DNA of 64,000 nt from Octopus sinensis. Its lineage: Eukaryota. This document shows, piece by piece, positions 62,001 through 64,000 of the stretch. Location: the NCBI RefSeq assembly GCF_006345805.1, contig NC_042997.1:205530001-205594000 (forward strand), read 5' to 3'. The notes beneath the pieces are model-generated. The model saw only the letters and a list, made by a program, of their open reading frames with translations, ran no database searches and was not told the origin of the DNA. How positions within the stretch are numbered: the stretch's first letter is position 1; the number at the start of each line of letters is the position of its first letter. Position numbers and translations under genes: made by a program.

Positions 62001-64000
62001 CATTGTTACGTCAGAACATGTAATTCCAACAACAGGCAAAGTATGGCACAATGTGAGGCCTTCAAATTTGGTCAATATAGCAAGCAGCATTTACTCCATT
62101 TCCTCAGCCTTCACCAATGTTTCGGAAGACCACCAGTTCAGGTTTTTGGTTGAGTGCAATCTTGCCCCTTGCCATGATGCTCTGTCTTCCCTATGAGTAT
62201 CTCTCCACCATACAGCCATTGGCATGACATTCACCCCTTCTCCTCTAAATGCCAGAAATGCCAGCTCTGCTGTCTTCCAGAGAAATGCAATATCAACTTT
62301 TGTTAGACAAGACTACACTCTTCCACTACTCATGTTGCCCGCTCTGACGTTTTTGCAGCTCACTGCAGATGTACCCATCAATAATGATCTGTGCGGATGT
62401 GGATCCTAGCTGGACTTTGGTGAGTCAAATTGAAAGATCTCAGCACAAATGGGTCTGTGGTGAGTTCCTATGCTCTGCCTAGCTGATTCCATTGTCCTAA
62501 AGAATCAGTGCTGTCGGTGCTGATGACAGTCATGACGTGTTGTTGTAACCTTTGGTCGGCCACTGTGTGGATGATTATCCATGTTGTTTGTGGCACTATC
62601 TCATTCCCTCAGCCATTCAGTTGTCCAAATACTGCAGTTCAAGTCATTAGCAATGACCTATGGACGTTGACCAGTATGGAGACATCCGATGGTTTGCTCC
62701 CTCTGATTTCATGTCAGTCTTGTTATGCTTCCTACATTCGGGAAATGATGGACAGGCTGGAGAATTTTGGTGCCTTTTATACCCAATGAGTCAATGTTTT
62801 GACTCTGCATCATACTTTTCATAAAGATGGATTCGTTTTCATGAAAAGTGAGCGAATTTGAACCCTAAATGCAATCCTTGTGTTTTCAAAAGAGAGCAGT
62901 GTTGTGGGTCAGTGACATCTTCCTGATGTCAAATTACCTTGAATTGTGATAAAATCTATATAATCTCAATATCATGAAACAAATAATCTTTTACTGTGTG
63001 ATGTGTTTATATATATATATATATCATCATCATCATCATCATCGTTTAACGTCCGTTTTCCGCACTAGCACGGATTGGACGGTTTGACCGGGGTCTGGGA
63101 AGCCAGGGGCTGCTCCAGGCTCCAGTCTGATCTGGCAGAGTTTCTACGGCTGGATGCCCTTCCTAACGCCAACCACTCCGCGAGTGGAGTGGGTGCTTTT
63201 TACATGCCACCTGCACAGGGGCCGGGGGGTCCGGCATCGGTCACGATCGGTTCGAGCTTTTCTAGAGTTGAGTTGGGGGGGGGTGCAGGTAATATAGGGA
63301 AGCATCAGTGGGGGGAAAGGTTGGGGTAAGGAGGAACGATGACAGGGAAGGGTTGGTGCAGGTTCGTAAAAAAAAAAAAACGTAGGATATCACGAGGCGG
63401 GGAGGGGACTGGAAGGAGATAGTCGGATTGAGGCAGTGACAGATTCAAAACAGGAGGTAACGTAAGATCAGTGGGGCAGTTAATGAGCTGCGGTGCTAGC
63501 AGCTTGTCTTGGTGGGGGAAGGGTAGTACAGTGAAAGCATGTGAGAAGGAGGGGTAGGAGGGAGAGACACACGTAATGGTGGTGGGGGAGGAGGAGGGAA
63601 GAGGGCATATCCGGTATAGATGGTGAGAACAGTGTTCACCGGTATTGGTGGTGGGGGTGAGAACGTGGTGGGAGGGCGGGGGCACCGCCAAATGGTGGAA
63701 AGATGGAATTAAGGATTGAAGGTAACCTTAAAGGGTTAAATTTCGTAGAGAAAGATAGGAAAAACAAAGCAAGTTACTGTATGAGTTCAGACATTTAACA
63801 ATATATATATACATATATATATATATATATGCATACATACATATATATATATATGGTTTTTTTTTATTATTCTTAGGCACACGTGGTGAAGGTGTTTATT
63901 TTTCCAAAAAGATCCGATATTCTGCAGATGATAACTATTCTCCTCCTGACCATCACAAAATAAAGACAATATACAAATGCAGTGTTCTTGTGGGAAGAAT
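5051..64000 (+). CDS. PARP14-like: Spliced macrodomain + ART-domain mono-ADP-ribosyltransferase (PARP14/PARP15-like); 8 exons visible, both ends outside the window
   Basis: Exons 5051-5187, 5469-5696, 6308-6535, 10347-10401, 28918-28971, 59949-60082, 60681-60858 and 63877->64000 have AG/GT boundaries and compatible phases (1/0,0/0,0/0,0/1,1/1,1/0,0/1,1/-). The joined protein gives a macrodomain (DVIVNSSN...[15 protein letters not shown]...VCFVVYP) and an ART domain (IERIQN...LWHGT...[10 protein letters not shown]...GEGVYF) that match PARP14/15 motifs. Exact orthology is not established. Confidence 0.9.
5469..5696 (+). CDS. PARP exon: macrodomain N-half
   Basis: ttttgtag|GTT...TCA|gtaagt; 76 codons [35 protein letters not shown]...[18 protein letters not shown]. 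Confidence 0.92.
6308..6535 (+). CDS. PARP exon: macrodomain C-half
   Basis: ttattag|ATT...AAG|gttggt; 76 codons [37 protein letters not shown]...[14 protein letters not shown]. Confidence 0.92.
6640..6800 (-). mobile_element. Old fragment of an RTE-type 3' tail
   Basis: ggctggatgccattcctaatgccaaccact matches the reverse complement of the RTE tail GGAGTGGTTGGCGTTAGGAAGGGCATCCAGC seen elsewhere in the window. Confidence 0.6.
8311..8900 (-). mobile_element. Tc1/mariner-superfamily (maT-like) transposon remnant
   Basis: [16 protein letters not shown] (degenerate WPP.SPDLNP.DF.VW) followed by [17 protein letters not shown]; TIR-like TA|CACTGTGTCCCAAA at ~8311; partner TIR not found. Confidence 0.65.
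9000..9560 (-). mobile_element. Penelope-like RT N-terminal fragment
   Basis: [22 protein letters not shown] (degenerate TDKSG) and [11 protein letters not shown]...[10 protein letters not shown]...NYRISYFLS. Confidence 0.7.
10347..10401 (+). CDS. PARP exon: last macro helix and linker (55 nt)
   Basis: ttacttctaacag|AAA...TCAG|gtaaat; [18 protein letters not shown]; phase 0 to 1. Confidence 0.8.
10534..10702 (+). mobile_element. Degenerate tRNA-type SINE (second family)
   Basis: gagctggtagaatc A-box-like and gagttcaaattcc B-box-like motifs, then cctttcatcctttc...aaataagtaccag; resembles octopus SINEs from memory. Confidence 0.6.
10736..11287 (-). mobile_element. Unclassified ~550-bp interspersed repeat in a (TAT)n tract, copy 1
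   Basis: Colinear with 29090-29628; flanked by (TAT)n on both sides; strand inferred from the (AAT)n following ...ctctctcactc. Confidence 0.8.
11321..13148 (-). mobile_element. 5'-truncated R4/Dong-like non-LTR element (RT + CCHC + RLE), young
   Basis: [28 protein letters not shown]; [18 protein letters not shown]; NRPDIVV...FLIDVS...K..KY; ORFs 12111-13196 and 11418-12104 are in one frame, split by a single TAG; (TAT)n at both ends. Confidence 0.93.
13201..16390 (+). mobile_element. 5'-truncated RTE-clade LINE with a repeat-rich 3' UTR and (GAT)n tail
   Basis: [34 protein letters not shown]-like finger; frameshift near 13553, TGA at 14284-14286, 1-nt loss near 15378; close match to the intact copy at 54836-58015. 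Confidence 0.95.
16365..16540. repeat. Compound microsatellite (GAT)(ATT)(CAT)(CTT)
   Basis: Direct reading. Confidence 0.95.
16690..19440 (-). mobile_element. Near full-length degraded R4/Dong-like element, plus a second 3' stub at ~16690-16760
   Basis: N-terminal [25 protein letters not shown] (19073-19264); MDDLKL (18113-18337); [14 protein letters not shown]; NKPEIVV...LIDVS (16824-17273); many frameshifts. Confidence 0.88.
19760..20175 (+). mobile_element. tRNA-type SINE with internal (TA)(TG) tract
   Basis: AGGAGTGGCTGTGTGGTAAG...GGTTCAGTCCC head, caccttgggcaagtgtctt core, (AGAGTAA)-like tail; sister copies at 26675 and 31611. Confidence 0.9.
20956..21255 (-). mobile_element. Isolated RTE 3' UTR/tail fragment
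   Basis: (CAT)n then ctggatgcccttcctaatgccaaccactccgag and gtgccacc repeat units. Confidence 0.85.
21480..26253 (-). mobile_element. Full-length degraded R4/Dong-like element (second family) interrupted by Tc1
   Basis: N-terminal RGYQQCMY...[10 protein letters not shown] (25648-25893); NYRPISC, QGDCLSP, FMDDLKL (22786-23424); RLE region (21674-22168); (TAT)n at both ends. Confidence 0.88.
24324..25582 (-). mobile_element. Tc1-family DNA transposon nested in the R4 element; transposase decayed
   Basis: TA|CAGGGGTTAGACATAATAAAGGAAAC...CCATTATTTTGTCCAACCCCTG|TA imperfect TIRs with TA duplication; [24 protein letters not shown] motifs. Confidence 0.93.
26675..27082 (+). mobile_element. tRNA-type SINE (same family as 19760)
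   Basis: Colinear with 19760-20175. Confidence 0.9.
27717..27960 (-). mobile_element. 3' fragment of an R4/Dong-like element (family of 21480)
   Basis: (TAT)n-gcctttgcacagcttctaatgctggagatgt matches the 21480 terminus. Confidence 0.8.
27990..28878 (+). mobile_element. 3' fragment of a Tx1/L1-like element
   Basis: [12 protein letters not shown]...[19 protein letters not shown] (C-terminal zinc-finger region) homologous to 49990-50450; ends aataaatgaa(atc)n. Confidence 0.75.
28918..28971 (+). CDS. PARP candidate 54-nt symmetric linker exon
   Basis: ttttcactcttttatgtaag|CTG...ACAG|gtaagg; phase 1/1, open frame (A)[17 protein letters not shown]; fits between the 10401 donor and the 59949 acceptor. 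Confidence 0.65.
29090..29628 (-). mobile_element. Unclassified ~550-bp interspersed repeat, copy 2
   Basis: Colinear with 10736-11287; embedded in (TAT)n. Confidence 0.8.
29712..31512 (+). mobile_element. 5'-truncated RTE LINE (RT C-half without stops) with a short 3' UTR
   Basis: MKVTERVI...YADD...PHD-like finger...GRPRKTW; tail ends gatgatgatgat directly against the 19-bp satellite. Confidence 0.93.
31511..31610. repeat. Short diverged stub of the 19-bp satellite
   Basis: About 5 units of ataatagttttctatct-type sequence. Confidence 0.85.
31611..32023 (+). mobile_element. tRNA-type SINE (same family as 19760)
   Basis: Colinear with 19760-20175. Confidence 0.9.
32040..36862 (+). mobile_element. 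Near full-length degraded RTE LINE (divergent subfamily) with a long 5' region
   Basis: 5' core GCGGTGCACCCGCCC at ~32560; APE ([27 protein letters not shown]) 33244-34226; RT 34662-36082; gtgcc..tggcac repeat 3' UTR; (GAT)n tail. Confidence 0.92.
36863..46560. repeat. 19-bp satellite array, ~510 units, consensus CTATCTCTATAATAGTTTT
   Basis: Direct reading; main variants CTATCTATATAATAGTTTT, CTATCCATATAATAGTTTT and CTATATATAAAATAGTTTT; unit count is length/19. Confidence 0.98.
46553..47590 (+). mobile_element. 5'-truncated CR1/L2-like LINE inserted in the satellite
   Basis: LYVNDL...KIFADDTKL...[30 protein letters not shown]; 3' hairpin and tail tctaagttttatctaagtttt. Confidence 0.9.
47591..48560. 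repeat. Continuation of the 19-bp satellite (~50 more diverged units)
   Basis: Same unit with gtcttct, aattgttt and gcttt variants. Confidence 0.97.
48560..50770 (+). mobile_element. Internally deleted Tx1/L1-like element: ORF1 joined to the ORF2 C-terminus, no APE or RT
   Basis: ORF 48571-49359 with [11 protein letters not shown]-like [11 protein letters not shown] and zinc knuckle [14 protein letters not shown]; from ~49730 an ORF2 C-terminal remnant ([12 protein letters not shown]...[17 protein letters not shown]); T-rich 3' UTR. Confidence 0.8.
50781..53250 (-). mobile_element. RTE LINE truncated at both ends
   Basis: SQIDYIL...NYRGIKLL...YADNLALI...GRPRKTW in ORFs 50842-53302; lacks the distal 3' UTR and (GAT)n tail; 5' end at a (TA)n run. 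Confidence 0.92.
53277..53490 (+). mobile_element. Short Penelope pseudo-LTR-like repeat carrying a minimal hammerhead-like motif
   Basis: TCTTT-CTGTCGA-A-GAGC(GTAG)GCTC-GAAA-T-GTA-AAAGA at 53351-53388; flanked by (TA)n. Confidence 0.55.
53833..58137 (-). mobile_element. Full-length RTE-clade LINE with intact ORF
   Basis: (GAT)n tail, ~1-kb repeat-rich 3' UTR, uninterrupted ORF, 5' core GCGGTGCACCCGCCC at ~58136. Confidence 0.96.
54836..58015 (-). CDS. RTE ORF2-type polyprotein: APE endonuclease + reverse transcriptase + PHD-type finger (1059 aa; alternative ATG at 57946)
   Basis: [83 protein letters not shown]; no stops. Confidence 0.95.
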   Translation of the reverse strand: MVSHCKICLVLCTRFELKFYCLSMNTAKREFSFQVHDAIRTNTTSTPTHSLRVGTLNVGTLKGRSGEIVELLERRWVDICCIQEVRWRGGSARFLTGKGQRYKIFWAGNTDGVGGVGMLIAEKWVDKVIEVVRVSDRIIKIRLVLHHSLATIISAYAPQPGLPDGQKDCFYDTLLQTTSLTNDRDLLFVAGDFNGHVGRCAGGFHGVHGGYGYGSRNEEGTRLLEFCDANSLMICNTNFRKPTSHLVTYRSGRHTSQIDYILARRRERWLLINAKTFPGEECTPQHRLVVSDFRIRTKRATRRRPTWRRRVWKLKDPVNGQRFRDMLFEALDEMEGSIATHGVEDNWTLLRDNLLKAADQICGWCKVPLRPKITWWWNNIVDRAIRQKKQAWKDWKNGGSREVYQSARREARRQVYLPRGEADKEKFANVLRREDERLEVFRVARQCVRENRDVVGEKCVRKDDGSLALNEDAKREAWRRHYDRLLNEENEWDKESLPNVDPTEGPAIRVNSSLVDKAIRSMKTGKAPGPSGITAEMLKISGGVGYSLVTRIVNQVIHEGVIPNDWCSSIIVNCYKGKGDALETNNYRGIKLLDQVMKVTERVIAQLIRERVSLDDMQFGFVPGKSTTDAIFLVRQLQEKYLAKDKPLYLAFVDLEKAFDRVPRSLIWWSMRKLGIEEWLVRAVQAMYRDAASKVRVGNEYSEEFRVEVGVHQGSVLSPLLFIIVLQVITEEFKTGCPWELLYADDLALIAESLSELEEKFQVWKQGLESKGLRINLAKTKVLISRKVDQSHTPSGRWPCSICKKGVGRNSIRCTKCKLWTHKRCSNVKGRLTRKIVFVCGKCSGAINTGNVQRPTSATFQGDKLEVVDSFRYLGDQVSSGGGCAESVTARVRIAWAKFRELLPLLVTKGLSLRVKGRLYDACVRTAMLHGSETWAVTAEDMRKLARNEASMLRWMCNVSVHNRQSVSSLREKLNLRSVSCGVQERRLRWYGHVMRMAEDSCVQKCYTLAVEGTCGRGRPRKTWDEVVKHDLRTLGLTKEMSRDRDLWKYAVREKTRQD
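58138..59900 (-). repeat. Three near-identical tandem ~590-bp units directly upstream of the intact RTE
   Basis: Unit starts aaccggccggcagcc at ~58138, ~58735 and ~59317 (periods ~597 and ~582; unit 2 lacks a short ttcgtatt duplication); array ends at 59900. Confidence 0.95.
59949..60082 (+). CDS. PARP exon: start of the ART catalytic domain
   Basis: aactttag|AA...AAA|gtttgt; (E)[44 protein letters not shown], similar to the PARP14 P..W..M...EY..V...F segment. Confidence 0.88.
60273..60502 (+). mobile_element. 230-bp internal Tc1 transposase fragment
   Basis: Reverse complement of 62155-62394. Confidence 0.85.
60681..60858 (+). CDS. PARP exon: ART domain with the catalytic His
   Basis: ctttctacag|ATT...AATG|gtaagt; [14 protein letters not shown]...[26 protein letters not shown]. 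Confidence 0.95.
60930..61620 (-). mobile_element. Heavily degraded CR1/L2-like 3' fragment
   Basis: Minus strand reads IPLWNSTP (LWNSLP-like) near 61180-61200; otherwise poorly conserved. Confidence 0.35.
61660..62900 (-). mobile_element. Degraded Tc1-family transposon
   Basis: GRPKVTT N-terminal motif near 62550, RRRGE...VER...SIM.RG.I, NARDHTA, and C-terminal [25 protein letters not shown]; TIRs not identified. Confidence 0.75.
63024..63695 (-). mobile_element. Bipartite non-autonomous RTE derivative (5' UTR joined to 3' tail)
   Basis: 63250-63695 is homologous to the RTE 5' UTR at 32550-32920; 63024-63240 is the RTE 3' tail with (GAT)n; no coding sequence in between. Confidence 0.85.
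63877..64000 (+). CDS. PARP exon (runs off the window): ART domain with the catalytic Tyr
   Basis: ttattcttag|GC...; (G)[40 protein letters not shown]. Confidence 0.9.

Overview
AT-rich, microsatellite-rich animal genomic DNA; the SINE and LINE families resemble those of octopus (inference from repeat families, not from a search). The host gene is invisible in the ORF track. It is a plus-strand macrodomain-containing mono-ADP-ribosyltransferase (PARP14/PARP15-like) of which 8 coding exons can be joined in frame from 5051 to the window end. Its introns are almost entirely mobile DNA: several RTE-clade LINEs (one with an intact 1059-codon APE-RT ORF carrying a PHD-type finger inside the RT and preceded by three ~590-bp tandem units), R4/Dong-like RLE elements in (AAT)n tracts, CR1-like, Tx1/L1-like and Penelope-like elements, Tc1/mariner remnants, tRNA-type SINEs, and a ~10-kb array of a 19-bp satellite invaded by retroelements. 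Main leads: the PHD-in-RT RTE with its 5' tandem array, a minimal hammerhead motif, a bipartite non-autonomous RTE, inverted repeats flanking a catalytic exon, and a 54-nt exon isolated among TEs. All boundaries were read by eye and TE ends are approximate.
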